Source: Isurus oxyrinchus
Lineage: Eukaryota
DNA: 64,000 bases
Assembly: GCA_026770705.1 (NCBI GenBank)
Contig: JANJGN010000022.1
Coordinates: 6,324,001 to 6,388,000 of the forward strand
Direction of reading: 5' to 3'
The notes below the pieces were generated by a model that saw only the letters and a program-made list of their open reading frames with translations, was not told the DNA's origin and searched no databases. Made by a program: the position numbers and the translations under genes. Within the stretch, counting starts at the first letter, position 1. Each line of letters opens with the position of its first letter. This document shows positions 37,216 to 50,619 of this stretch, piece after piece.

Positions 37216-39377
37216 TAGTCGTGAAGAACTCTATCAGGTAACCCTTCAGCCTTTTCTTTTCTAAAGAGCTCCAGCCTGTTCAGTCTTTCCTGATAGGTAC
37301 AGTATAACCTCTATGTTTTGAATCAGAACAAGAAAAGTAACCAGTGAGTAGTCCATTGTTGGCAAAGGCCATTTACACCAGAGGTACCAGGAGCCCTTTA
37401 ATAAATTGTTGCTCAACTGTAGCCTGATTCAATGGGAATGGTAAAATCTGATAAAATTTCAAACAGATAGAAAGGAATTACAGTAAAAAGTATTACCCTG
37501 CTGCCAGGCTGACTATTTCTGGGCTAGCTGTGAAAAGGAAAACAAGAAGCTGCCTTGTCACTGATGTCTGCTCACAAACTACAGCAATTGATTCAATAAA
37601 ACGTTCAAGATCAAAGCCTCCAGTTTGTTCCAGCAGCTTGTACTGGATATGACAAAGTGATGATTTATTTATTAACCAAGCTAAGAAATAAGAAACTTTT
37701 TGAAGTATTTTGTTTTTGATGAGCAGAGAGAGAGGTTGCTGCTTTCTCTCAAGTTTGGTGATGAATTAAAGCCAAAAGGAATTTGTTAATATTGATAGCT
37801 TGCATGCAGGAAGTATTGATGACATTCTGCTTTTGTACATAATTATTTTTTTGCCCCCAAAGTAGGGAAAACTGGCTTTAGATTGGAGCCTGAATCATTT
37901 TCTGTCCTTCCCATTCTGTTGTTTCAACTCACTTTGTATCTTAAGATCAGCTCTGCAGATTCCACAACATTCTGATCCCTTGCCTTGTTTCCACAGTCTA
38001 ATCTGTTTGCAGATGCTGACAGGTTTTAGATTTAAGAAAGAAAAATTACTCCGTTTCCACGGAGACTGCAGTTTTCAAAAAGAAGCTCTATATATACACA
38101 ACACACACACAGAAACAAAACACGCTGACATTTTTGGGGTGACAGTGACAACCAGAGAATAGAAGAAATGAATGTGGGCTGGAGATGTCCGACGCATAGT
38201 CAGCCCCCAGGGGCTGGAAACTCAGCGACATCCCTCTGTGCAAGAGGAAACAGACAGGGCTGCTGTCCACACTGGGCCTCAGACACTCTGTCTCAAGCTA
38301 GGAACAATAATATACCCCCACTCTCTAAATTAGAACACATTGAAACCTGTCTTTGATCTGATACCTTCCCAGGGGAGCTATAAGGGGTCATTAATTAAAA
38401 TGGACTCACCCTTAATTTATTAATATTAATTTGACTTCAATAAGTTTGGTGCAGATTGGATCATTAAACTCTTTACATAATGCCCTGCGTGTTTAATGCT
38501 CTTTCATCCATTCGATTTTATCTGCGTTATGTTTAACAGAAAGTCGGACATTGTCAGACTGGAGCTGTCCTTCACCTAGTACAGCCCCCTCGTAAACTTT
38601 TCAAGTGCAGGTATAATTTGGAATGGTTCTCAATCAGATACAGCCTACGACTGAGAAGATAAGGGAATGCGCTACGTGACTAATATCCACCCATCTGCCT
38701 CCTGACTACGCTGTGGGATGTCAGTCTGATTTCACAGACTGGTGTCTCACTGAGAGTCAGATGACATCTTCACTGGTAATGAGAAGACAAGCATTAGGGT
38801 TAATGATGAGACTTCTAGTTGCTAGGCACTGTTTTCCTCCGATCACATAAAGTAACCCACCCTTACATCTCCTCCCCACAAATATAAATGAAATTGAAAT
38901 TTAATTTAATATAAAGAGGTTTTTTTGTTGGGGGACCAGGGTTGAAAGAGGATGAAATGGGGGGGCTTGTCACTGGGGGCTAATTCTTGGACAATGCAGC
39001 CAGCACCACAGGCAATTAGTACCAGACTGAACCATCCTCACAGTCCCCAGCAAAGCCTTCTCATTTAACACAATAGCTAGACAGACAGAGACAGAACCTG
39101 GCTGTATGACAGGTCACAAAACACACTACCAAGTTCCCGATAAAAGGAAATATCAAGACCTGGCCAGCGTTACAGATAAAGATGTGGTCGTCCCTTTCTA
39201 TGATATTCATACCTTTTGGTTGATTCAGCTTCCTTACATGTCCGTATTATTTTAGATATGTTTTACTCCTTCTACGAAGCTGGATATGGAGTAAAGGGGA
39301 TTTTCTCATGCATCAACGATAGATACCCTTGCTGCCACTTTAGGGAATTGAGTTCGACTCCAGCTCATACCGATAGT

Positions 39378-40035
39378 GCGGAATCTTGTACTCTTGAGAT
39401 GGAAGTGGGAAGGGCAGGTTGGTGGCGCTCTGGATCTTCCTGCCACTGCCAGGATTAAGTTCTGGGCAGGGAGGCCCATGGTTGACCTTACTGCCCCACT
39501 GCCTATTGAGGCCCTTAAGTGGCGAATTAATGTCCACTTAAGGCCTCAACCCACTGCCAGTGGTATTAACCCAGTGGCGGGCGGGCCTGTCGCCATTTGG
39601 CGTGCACGACAGTGAACACTGAGCCCAGCCTGTCTCCTCCAGGGGTGCAGCTTCCCCATCAAAAGCACTCAGTGTCTAACTGGCGGGGGCGCTGACAGCC
39701 CTTGATGCCTGCCCCCCTCTCCCCATGACTCCCACCCTGCGAAGCACCAGCACCACCCCCCCCCCCCCCCACCCAACAAATCCCCTGCCACATTACTTAC
39801 CTGTGGCCTGGGTCGCTCTGTGATCCTGGGACTCTGGTGCCTGTCCTTCCGGAATGGTAGCAGCCTCAGACTCTCCTGTGGTCTCTGATGGCCGGCAGCT
39901 CTTGATAGGCGAGACTCCCATTCCGGGCCCTTGCTCCAAGGGAAGGCCTGCCACTGGCCTCACCACTGCCTGTTTGATTGGTGGTTTGGTGGGCCTCCCT
40001 GCCAAGAGGCAGCATGGGTCACTTGCCGGCCCTCC
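39378..40035. mobile_element. Probable Harbinger-like MITE fragment
   Basis: GC-rich block with the internal hairpin ttgaggcccttaagtgg...ccacttaaggcctcaa (about 39505-39549) and a TIR-like start gcggaatctt. The second TIR was not found. Confidence 0.45.
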
Positions 40036-41356
40036 ACCCTGTTGTCTCAGCATAGAATCTGTAGTAGGTCAGTAAACTGCACATCCTCACTGGAAACTAA
40101 GATTGAATACAGCATACAGTGATTGGGCAGGACGTCCGCTGCATCTGACAGGCCCCATTCTCTCACTTGATGGTCCCATCATCTCTGACAAGTGGAACCC
40201 CTTACTGATGGGATAAAACTCTGCTCCCAACTGGCTGTGGTAAAAGATAAGGCCTAATAAAACGGATTTTATCCCAGGTCCTGGTGGACATGAGCCTATG
40301 GTACAAAACAGCCCAACCTCTGCCTTTAGTTTCTATTTTTGTGCCAAATAGACTGAAGCCACAAAGATGATGGTGTAGGTGTGAGACAGACTGGGTGAAA
40401 AGTAGTTCAAACCTCCAGGGTAGGCAATGATGACTTGAATTTATATATTACCTTTAACAACAACAACTTGCATTTATATACTGTCTATAACAACAACTTG
40501 TGTTAATATAGTGCCTTAAAAATAATTTGCATTTATATAGCGCTTTTAACAACAACAATATCAAAAACAAATTGCATCTATATAATGTCTTTTGCCACCT
40601 CAGGAGATTCTAAAGAGCTTCCCAATCAATGATCATAGACACAAACAGGTCATTTGGCCCATAGATCCACGTTGGTGTTCCTGCTCCACATGATCTTCCC
40701 CCCAGCCCCCCCTCCCCCACTCTACTGTTATCTAACCGTATCAACACATCCTTCTATTTCTTTCTACCTGATGTGTTTATCTAGCTTTCCTTTAATTGTA
40801 TCTGTGCTATTTGCTCAACACCAGTTGGTAACAGGTTCCACATTCTCACCACATTCTGGTAAACATGTTTCTCCTGAATTCATTACTGAATTTAATAACA
40901 ACTGTCTTATGTTTATGACTCCTAGTTTTGGACTCCCCACAAATGGAAACATCTCCTCTATGTTTACTCTATCAAATCACTTCATAATTTTAGAAATTTC
41001 TATCAGGTCACCCCTCTGCTTTCTTGTTTCTAGATAGAAGAGCACCAGCATGTTCAGTTTCTTCTGATAGTTGTAACTTCAACAGCAGGCACGACCTTTA
41101 GAGAACAAGAAGAGGATTAGGAAGAAAAGGAACTCCTGATTCAGAGGGAGATACTGAGTGGGGTTGAAATACAAGCAATCCTATTTCCACTTGGCCTCTT
41201 GTGTGCATACCCTTCCTAGCCCAAAACCTTCACGAGCTGGACCTTCAGCTGTCTTCAAGTCTTATCCTCTGGAATTCTCCTCTTAACCCCAACTCCCAAT
41301 CTACCCCCTTTCTTAGCCTTTTATCTTTCGCCTCAACACATCGCCTCAACAATCTT

Positions 41357-41705
41357 AATAAAAAGGCAAAATACTGTGGATGCTGGTAATTCAAAAAAAA
41401 CCCAGAAAATTCTGGAATACTAAGCAGGTCAGGCAGCACCTGTGGAAAGATAAAGTTAATGCTTTACATCAATGACCTTTCAACAGAACTAGAAAAATGA
41501 GAGATTAACAGGTTTTAAGCAAATGCAAAGACAGGGAGACAGGTGAGAAACAGAAGAACAAAAGGTCTGTGATAAGGTGGAAAACAGGAGAAATGAAATG
41601 ACAAAAGTGCTGATGCTGCTGCAAGGCAAAACAGGGTGGTAATTGGACCAGTAAAGGATCAAAAGATGGGTCTTGAGGAGGTGTAAATGACAACAGCAGA
41701 ATCAT
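41357..41705 (-). mobile_element. Older Penelope pLTR/3' fragment
   Basis: gcaaaatactgtggatgctgg...agcaggtcaggcagca...gacctttcaacagaact is similar to the reverse complement of 3039-3176 and to 29990-30085. Confidence 0.7.
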
Positions 41706-42149
41706 TGCAATCCCTAATACCCTCCTATTTTGACAGTGCCTTCAGTCATCTCCTGATATGGATATTTATTGGCTGTTACTTCTTTGTCACTGGGTCAAAA
41801 TCCTGGAATTCCTTCCCTAGCAGCTCTGTGCGAACGCCATCATAGCCGACTCAAGGGGCAACCCAAAATTGGCAAGAAATGCCGGCTTTGCCAGCAACAT
41901 CCACATGGCAAAAAAAAAACATTTTTTAAATATTTACCATGACTGCTTGATAACTGTTTCTCCTCTGAGAAACCTCTCGGGAGATTTACTGTTAATCCAA
42001 AAAGAGATAGAAAATGGAAACATAAATTGGGAGTAGGTCCCATGGATCTTAAAGTATCAGAACTCCCTCTGATTTTTTAGGTTACAACAGCACATGGACT
42101 GCAGTGGTTCAAAGACCCACCACCACCATCTGGGCAGCCAGGGATAAAA

Positions 42150-42590
42150 GACGAACTTGCATTTCTACAGCTCCTTTCAGCACGTGGGGACATCTTGAAG
42201 TGTTTTGCTGCCAATGAATTGCTTTTCAAGTATAGTCGCTGCTGTAGGAAATGTGGCAGCAATTTGTGCATAAGCTCCTACACTCAGGAATGTGATAATA
42301 ATCTGTTTGTAGTGATGTTGATTGAGGGATAAACATTGTCCAGGACACCAGTGATAACTCTTCTGCTCTTCTTTGGAAGTGCCATGGGATCTTTTCTGTG
42401 AGAGAGTAGACAAGAAGGTGGTTAAATATCTCATCTAAAAGATAGCACCTCCAACTCTGTAGCACTCCCCCAGTGCTGCACTGGAGTGTCATCTTGGATT
42501 ATCCGTTCAAATCACTGGAGTGGGATTTGAACCTATGATCTTCTGACTCAAATGCAAGTGTGCTATTTATTGAGCTATGGCGGACACACA
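42150..42590 (-). mobile_element. DeuSINE copy
   Basis: gtgccatgggatctttt and ggagtgggatttgaacc (reverse B box), with an L2-type tail aacttgcattt. Confidence 0.75.
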
Positions 42591-44934
42591 TGGGCAATAA
42601 ATGCTGGCCTTGCCAGCGATGTCTACAGCCCAAGAATTTTTTTTTAAGTGTGTGAAGGATGGAGGGGAAAGTTCATTGGATCAATAACCATGGCAGCAGT
42701 GATAAGAGAAACAAAATGAAGCTTGTAACAGAGGTAGAGATTATATGGTACTTAATGAATGAGTCCCAGAAATTAGCTGCTTCACCTCCAGTTGGAACAG
42801 GGCAGGTGAGTTCAGAGAGACAGTGCACTGGGATTCAATGTGTTCTGGCAGAAAGCTATCTGCTGCTGTACCAGGCTGACTGAATCCCACTGTATAACAG
42901 GCTGCTCCTTGGCAATGTGTTGCCATCATCTCAGACTCACCAAGAATTGTACAGAAAGCAGCCAATTACTCTCAGAAAGCTCAACAAAATAATTAAATAA
43001 ATCCTCAATAAAAGTCAGTGAGTAGGAAGATTTAATTTTAGAAATGGCATTACTAAAACTCTACATTAAATGAGTACATAAACTGCATTGAAATATTAAT
43101 CAAATTGAAGAAGTAATATTTTGGATCTCTTTCTATGGCAATCCGTGCTCTGTTGGTGTCTTTCTCTCTCAATTCAATTTTCCCTTCATTCTTGCACGTT
43201 TACAAATGGTGTTTATCTGTGACACGGAACCCAAAAACATCTCCACTGATTGCCATATTGACAGTATTGACATTTACCCCAGAGGCTCCTTTGATACATT
43301 CCAAAGTTATTTCCTCAGGCCCATCAATACAGAACCTGAAAGCCATTTTTCTATATGTTCTTATTACCATAATTGTCTGAAACAGGCTAAGATAGAATCA
43401 AACAATAATAGTGTCATTCAGCCCTTCATGCCTGTGCTGGAAGTAACACCGAGTGGAAGAGACCGGGTTTGAGAGGGCTTTTGAATGAATTAGGAAAAGG
43501 GTCAGTGCTTAAAGAGTGCTGCACTGTCAGAGGGGCTGTTCTTTGATGGAAGTTAAACCAAGGGCCCCAATGGTCCTTGACTGGATGTAAAAGATCCTGG
43601 GGCACTATTTTGATGAAAAGCTGGGGAGTTACACCCAATGTCCTGGTCAATACATATAACTTAATGAACTCTATAAGAAACAAATCACCTGGTCACTTAT
43701 CTCACTGCTGTTAGCTGTGCTTAAATTCTCTACTGCTTTCATATTAACACAGTTCATGTAGTACTCTGTTGGCAGTAGAGCACTTTGAGACATCTTGAGA
43801 TGATCAAGAGAAATAAACCTTTTTAGGGTACCAGGCTGCATTGGTGAAAGGTGAGGTTGAGAAATGGTTGCACTGTGGAGGTAGAGTGTCAGGAGGAGTG
43901 AGGAGGGAGGGACTGTGGGCAGTGCTCGAGGTGGTTAGTGAGGTACGTTGCAGCAAGGATCTGTGGGGATTTGTAAAGGATGAGACTGTGGTGAATGTGT
44001 GACCATGTTAGATATCCTATTCCCATCACTGGGGCTATTATCGGGAGATATTTAAAACCATAATGAAATAAATTGTAGCTGTTGTCTGTCAAAAAATTAT
44101 CTTGTTTTGATACAAAGGAACATCTTACTGAATCTGAAGATTGATCAGCTGAGTGGCAGGTTCTGAGTGTGTGAAATTGACCGGGAAGTGATGAGATTGT
44201 AGCTTTTCAACATCAAAAAATTCATGCTGCAACTATGATCTTAAGTGCTGCTTGGTTTTGTCTACGCAACATTTCTCAGCACTTCAACAAAAAAGATTGT
44301 CAGCACTCAGCCGAGTTTCACTTTCAACAACTTCCATGAATTTGCCCTTACCTCAAAATATAGAGTGCCACTCAAACCCTTGTCCAGACCATTGGAACCT
44401 GCATGCTCAATTTTTCCCACTCTCTCCTACCAGGCCTCTAGCTCAGCTCCACCTCATATTAAACTACAAGCACCTGGCACACATACCCTATCCCACACCC
44501 CTTCCCCCACCTCCACTCTCTTCCCCCACATCCTTGCGCACTCTCCCTCTCCCTTCCCACTCATGGTCCACCTCACCCCACTCTGCTACTCCACATTCTC
44601 CCCACCTTCTCCACTTTCTCCCTCTCTCCCCTCCTGTGCTCCAACCCTCTCCCTGACCCCCTTCAGCCTCTAGTGCTGTTGGGGTCTTTATGGTCTCCCA
44701 TCTGAGCGCTGTTTTCTTGCCGTTCCAGCCCTGCTGGCAGATTGTTAGCTGCTTTGGTCCTTCCTTTGAGCTCTGAGCCTGTCTCTTTCTACAGAACCCC
44801 CTCTGAAATCCACCTCTCCCATCAAGAGACAGGAGATTCAAAAAGAATAAACTAAAACAGGAACCCCACTATCATCAGACATGGAGTAAAAACCAGTACT
44901 GTGGCCCTCAAAATAAAAAGAGTTCAGCAAATAA

Positions 44935-46940
44935 ATTCATTTGAAAAATATAAAATTTTAATAAAGGCTACATCTCTTAATAATTACATAATTATGGTAC
45001 GAAGGATTCTTAAATCAAACTCTTTTGTAATGCATAATTTACAGAAAGTAGAATAAAATGCCATAAAACATGGTTACAACACTCAAAAAAAGCATAAAAA
45101 TATCTTTATACATAAACCCTTATTAATAAAGGGAGAGGTGACCCTCAACACAGGGTGACACACAGTATTAATAATACCATGCAGGCACAGGTACTGTACT
45201 GGATAAACAAGAAACACTAGTAATAGTGTGTAAAACTCTCCACAATATTTACACAGGTATTGTACAAGTCACGTCCAGTAGTGTGGCCAAAAGTCAGAGT
45301 GATAGTTAAGAGTGTGTTGGGTGAGAAGAGTTGATACTGGGGTCAGGCCCCTTCTCAGAGTGACACTTGGACCTGATTCCTCTCTGCATTAATTTAACAC
45401 ACGTGTGTGAATTGTTTTCATGAGAACAGCACATGCAGTCATTTCTGCCCTGGTACTTTTTGCATTTTTGGGGATGGGATTTGATTCTCCCCATCTTAAA
45501 AGTTTATCACTTTTGGAACTATAAAACTTAAAAAAAAATATCTCTGCTACACGATAGTCTGACTCTGACAGGAGAATAATCTTTACACAATAATCCTACA
45601 GCACTGAGAAAGGGGCCACTGGCAACACAAAGAAAACAGTCAACTCTGGAATTCTGAAATACAAACACAATGGTGTAGAAATGTACAGCTGGTTGTTCAG
45701 TGTCTGAAAGTGGAAGGTGTTGGACTCTCCAGCAGAACAGCAGTGTGTAACATCCCCAGTTCTGGTAATGGATCATGTTCCCAAAGACTGGCTCTCTTCC
45801 CCCATTTTCAGCTCTCTGCACTTTGGAAATTGGGGGCTGAAGTTGCATCTATGATATTAGTGAGCAGCAATGCATGGCTGCAAAGTTCCATTGTTACTTC
45901 TTTCATACAGAGTTAAGCTGCTTATTCTAAATGGGTTTGGTTACTGATGTTGTAATCTCAAACCATGAAGAAAAAAAGAGAATCAACTCCAAGCCTGATG
46001 TCATGCGATTGTTCACTATCAATTCTCTAGCCCACAGTTTGCTCTCTTCAAGTAGCTCTCTGCTGGGAGCAGAGTTTGAATCAGCACTGGAACTGGGCAG
46101 CTGTCACACTTACCCCTCCACTGGTGACACATCTTCGAGTTGGCCAACTTTACAATACACTAATTCACATTATAATCCACATCTGTGTCACTTGAGTAAC
46201 TTTTAAGTGTTGGGATATTGTCACAGAGTAGGTGCAGGAAGGGGAGGGGGTGGTGCAGGTGTTGAGGATGAAGGCGCAAGAAGATTTCTGTGGATTTTCC
46301 TGGATTTGAAAGGCACTAGACAGCATGTAAATGTCAAATGGAAGATTGACACAGGCAAGGCTGGTTGTCATTTTTGCCAGACCATTAAGACTTGGTGATG
46401 GTTCCGGTACAAATACAAAGCAGCAAACGTTATATTAAGACATGGTCACTTGTTTCAGAGAACATTCACAGCCAGCTTCACAATTTCATTTTAACTGCAC
46501 CATAGAAGTGTTCCTCATTATTGTCATGAATGTTATGGGAAGATGGAGGGGCTGTCAGGGAGGAGTGGCTGCCGGTGCCAATGGAAAAGGCGGACACATC
46601 ATTGCAGTAGTAGCGTTTCCACAACCCGAATACACAGATGCAAGTTCAATAAATATCAGGATGTGTCACTGAGCAGGGACTATACAGTCTCGGTTTATAT
46701 ATGTAGTCCCTCAGGAAGCCACAGTTATACCTGGATGTCTGTAAATAACCAATAGTGGTCATTCTTCTACAATATAGCCCAGTATATTTATATAAACATT
46801 TTTATGATCTTTACATCTTATGTAAGGCAAACATCACCACAGCTTCTTCATGCCTGAATTCCATTACCTCACAGCTTATTTCAACCTTGTGGAATTGTTC
46901 ATAATTTGATGGTTCTTAAAAATTAGTCCTTTTTAATGAA
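44935..46940 (-). other. axin2: AXIN2 3' UTR (~2 kb) with candidate ATTAAA poly(A) signal at 44957-44962
   Basis: Repeat-free, AT-rich stretch after the stop codon. ATTAAA lies on the minus strand with a T-rich element downstream, and there is a Pumilio-type TGTAAATA at 45246-45253. The cleavage site is inferred. Confidence 0.6.
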
Positions 46941-47067
46941 TCAATCGATTCGCTCCACTTTCCCCAAAATCTTTCCCTCATACATGGGCAGGGTACTATC
47001 GTCACTCTGAACTTCTTCAAAAACTGCCCCACAGTCAAATTCATTGCTGGCTCGCTTGAAGTAGTAC
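46941..47067 (-). CDS. axin2: AXIN2 last coding exon, C-terminal DIX domain [41 protein letters not shown]
   Basis: 127 nt after acceptor cttttcacacag, with the TGA stop at 46941-46943. The [10 protein letters not shown] terminus is Axin2-type. Confidence 0.96.
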
Positions 47068-47709
47068 CTGTGTGAAAAGAGAGAGAGAGAGCAGTTAGAA
47101 CAAACGAAGCAAAGATGGGGAGAGAGAAAGAGATGGAGAGAAAGGAAAGGAAGCTAGATGAGAGGGGAAGAGGAGAGGGAGGAGGAAGGCAAGGGAGAGA
47201 CTGACAGAGTTACAGCAACTAGTGCCTATCATTCAATCACAGATAAAGCCAGATCACATGAACCCCAATAAATAAATCAAGAAACAGGGGTCAATCCAGA
47301 AAGCGAATATATGGAATATTAAACCATATGAATTCTATACAATATGTCAATAAATATATCCTACTAAATATATACGTATTCCATATGAACTTGTGTATTC
47401 CATGTGAATATTTCTGCACGTATATATAATATGCAGTGAAACAGGGTGTTTCCTGGGCTTATACAGGATCATATTTTCCTTTGTCTCCTGAAAAAGAACC
47501 AGAAGAGAGGGGAGGAAAAATATTTAATGCAGTGAGTTGTTACAATTTGGAATGCACTGCCTGAAAGGATGGAGACGGACTCTCAAAAGGGAATTGGATA
47601 AATATTTGAAAAAGAGAAAAAATTTCAGGGCAAATGGGGATAAAATGGGAGATAAAAGTGGTGGTGGTGGTGGTGGGGGGCTGGTAAGATGGGTGTAGGA
47701 CTAGTTTGC

Positions 47710-48365
47710 TGATAACTGTGTCATGAGGTGAGCTTCCAAAAACATATCTATGCCAGTGCTAAAACCACCTATTTTATTAACTGACTCTGCCCTTGCCTCA
47801 GCTCATCTGCTGCTGAAAATCTAATCTATCCCTTTGTTTAACTATTCCGATGCATTCCTGGCCAGCTTCCTACATTCTACCCTTCTGTAAACTGGAGATC
47901 ATTTAACACTCTGCTGTCCGTGTCCTTTCTTGCACCAAGTCCCATTCAACCATCACCCCTGTGTTCATTGATCTACATTGGTTGTGCTAGAACCAGGAGC
48001 AAATTTTATGTTTATCCTGGTTTTCAAATCCCTCCACGGCCTCATCCCTCTCTATCTCTGTAAGCCCCTACATCCCTACAACTCTCCAAGATATCTGTAC
48101 TCATTTAATTCTGCCCTCTTGAACATCGCCGATTTTAATTACTCCACCATTGGCCATCACGCTGATTGCTGAGAAGATCCTAAACTGAAATTCTCTCCCT
48201 AAACTTCTTTGCCTCATTCCTCCTTTAAGTCTACCTTTTTGACCATGCTTTTACTACCTGACCCAATAACACCTTATGTAGCTCAGTGACAAATTTTGTT
48301 TTATAATGCTACTGTAAAGCACCTTGGGATCTTAAAGGCGCTATATAAATACAAGTTGTTGCTGT
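47710..48365 (+). mobile_element. L2 3' fragment in the last AXIN2 intron
   Basis: Similar to 23430-23960 and ends in aaaggcgctatataaatacaagttgtt. Confidence 0.75.
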
Positions 48366-49614
48366 AGTACTTTCAAAGAGTCAACACTGGCATGATGGGC
48401 TCAATGACCTCCTTTGCTGGGTTATAAATTTCTGTGGGCTAGAGTTTCCCTTTCAGCACAATTGGTAACTGGACACATATCCCACACGTTGTGAAGTGTT
48501 TTCTCCCCCATAAAGTTTCTGCATCAAGCTAATGAATTTACTCCCAAGTGTAAACTCTGTCATAAACTGGCACAATTGGCAGCATTTTACAATGTAATAT
48601 AAACAAAAAATAGGTTTAATCACCAAAAATAAGTATTTTTAATTAGTGTCCGGTCCATCATCTGAGTAACCTGATTTTAAGTAATTAAAAAAAATCACTA
48701 TACCAAAGGATTGACATTGGAATACAATGGTCAGTTTTAAGAAATTAACATTATATCACAAAAATCTGAAAATAATTTTGTCAATGTCCTTGCACCCAAA
48801 AGATCCACCTTCACACTGGAGCCTCTGAGGGTCTATTAATGAATGCGATTAGCAAAACTCACAATGGTGAAGCTTAACTGGGTGTCTGGAAGGTGTCCCC
48901 ATCTCAAAAAACTGGCCAATGTGGCGTTTTTTTAAAAAAAAAGACACAAAAGATTGTGGAAACTCGACTTGCGCTGCATGTGATTTGTATTTGAAAATTC
49001 CACAATATCCTACGCTAATTTTGGCCGGCTTGCCCTGAAAGATAAAACCCAGCAGAGATGAGTGGAAGCTGGAGGGTAGCACATGTGCTTATTTCCCTCT
49101 GGCAGCTCGATGTTTGTGTGTAAAGATACTGAGATTACCCTTCCACTGTACCAACATCAGCCTCTGATAACACTCTGTATTAATAAGTGTGATTTACATA
49201 AATCAGTGATATGGCATTGTACACATCTGTCGGAACAGAGGCAATGAAAAAGACCAAGGCAGATCTCATTAAATCAAAGAATTTGACAGCTGACCTGCTC
49301 CCCTCTCATCTCCCAAGCTCAAAAAAAAATGAAAGAAATTGGCTTCAAAGACCTGCTTATTACACAGGCCTTAAAAATAGAAAAAACAAAATCAATGGCA
49401 GATGTTGCTGAGAGTGCCAAGCACATCATGGGTCAGCTCCTTCACTCAGTCAGGCTGTTTCACTCAGTCACCTGCATCTTCGTTCCCAGGCCAGACCAGT
49501 TTGAAAACAAAGATGGAAGAGAATCTCCAAGCACAGAATATTGTTGCAAAGACTGTTCATTATAGAAACAGACAAGGCCACATTGTGGAGATCTCCAAGG
49601 AGTTTAAGTTATTG

Positions 49615-50000
49615 TTTCAACAACATATTGCATTTATATAGAGCCCTTAACATAGGAAAACCTCCCAAAGGAACTTAGAGGAACAATAATGGAACAAAAT
49701 TTGACACCAAGCACTGGTGAAAGATGTCAGTTTTAAGGAGCATCTTAAAGGAGGAGTGGGAGATAAAGAGGCGGACAGGTTTAGAGAGGGGATTCCAGAA
49801 CTTAAGGCTGAAGGCATGGGTGCCAATGGAGGAGTGAAGGAAATTAAATATGTGCAAGATTTGAGAATTGGAGGAGTGCAGATATCTCAGAGGTTTGTGA
49901 GGGAGGAAGCTGGAGAGATAGGGAGAGGAGAGGGCGTGGAAGGGTTTGAAAACACGGATGAGAATGTTAAATTTGAGGCAATGGCAGACCAAGAGCTCCC
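49615..50000 (-). mobile_element. L2 3' fragment
   Basis: Reverse-complement similarity to 23680-23950, with the tail caacatattgcatttatatag. Confidence 0.75.
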
Positions 50001-50254
50001 CTGAGATCATACACAATCAACTGACTAAAAGTACAGGCCAACACAAGTCGGTAACTAATGCCTGAAGATTAGCTTTCTTCACACTGCAACCCAGCTGGCC
50101 CATTCTTGCAGCAGAATCCAACAGCCCTATTGAGAAGACCCATGTACACTCAACACAACAGAATTTCCCCCCGCCTCTCCCTCCTCAGTCACCTCTCCCC
50201 CTCCATCCTGGGTTAACCCAGCTCCCAAACTGCAACAGGGGGGTATTCCCATAC

Positions 50255-50425
50255 CTGTAATTTCCTTTCTTGCTAAGCTGCTCCTTGAAGTGTGCCAGGG
50301 TCAGGCTGTGACCTTTCATCATCCTCCGGTACGGAATGTCTTCTCCACAGAAGAAGTAAGTAACGACCAGCTCACCAGACTGAGCCGCATGCACAGGTGC
50401 CGCTTGTTTCTTTGGCGCTTTGTGC
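50255..50425 (-). CDS. axin2: AXIN2 coding exon (exon 10 equivalent), N-terminal part of the DIX domain
   Basis: 171 nt, acceptor ttttgtctccacag, donor gtatgg, phase 2-2. Encodes [40 protein letters not shown]. Confidence 0.96.
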
Positions 50426-50619
50426 CTGTGGAGACAAAAAGGAGAGAAAAAATAAATCAGGTCACTTACATCAAAAGCCAAGAGGAGGCGGCACAGATCG
50501 TGAAATGGGGAACCGAGTCCCACAGACAAGGAGGGGCCCAGGTCCCAGTCCCCTCTCCACAGCACTGGACCTGGTTTGCTGATTGCAGCCAGGTCAGTCA
50601 CTGGGATGGGAGAGACTTT

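Noticed and set aside
44245-44841. Pro/Ser-rich ORFs, also at 60302-60882 and 9942-10563
   Set aside because: C-rich low-complexity DNA lacks stop codons by composition. No domain or splice support, although the 9.5-11.2 kb island is kept as an open question.
45117-45133. AATAAA within the near-palindrome cccttattaataaaggg
   Set aside because: The AATAAA is on the plus strand, opposite to AXIN2, and there is no evidence for a convergent transcript.
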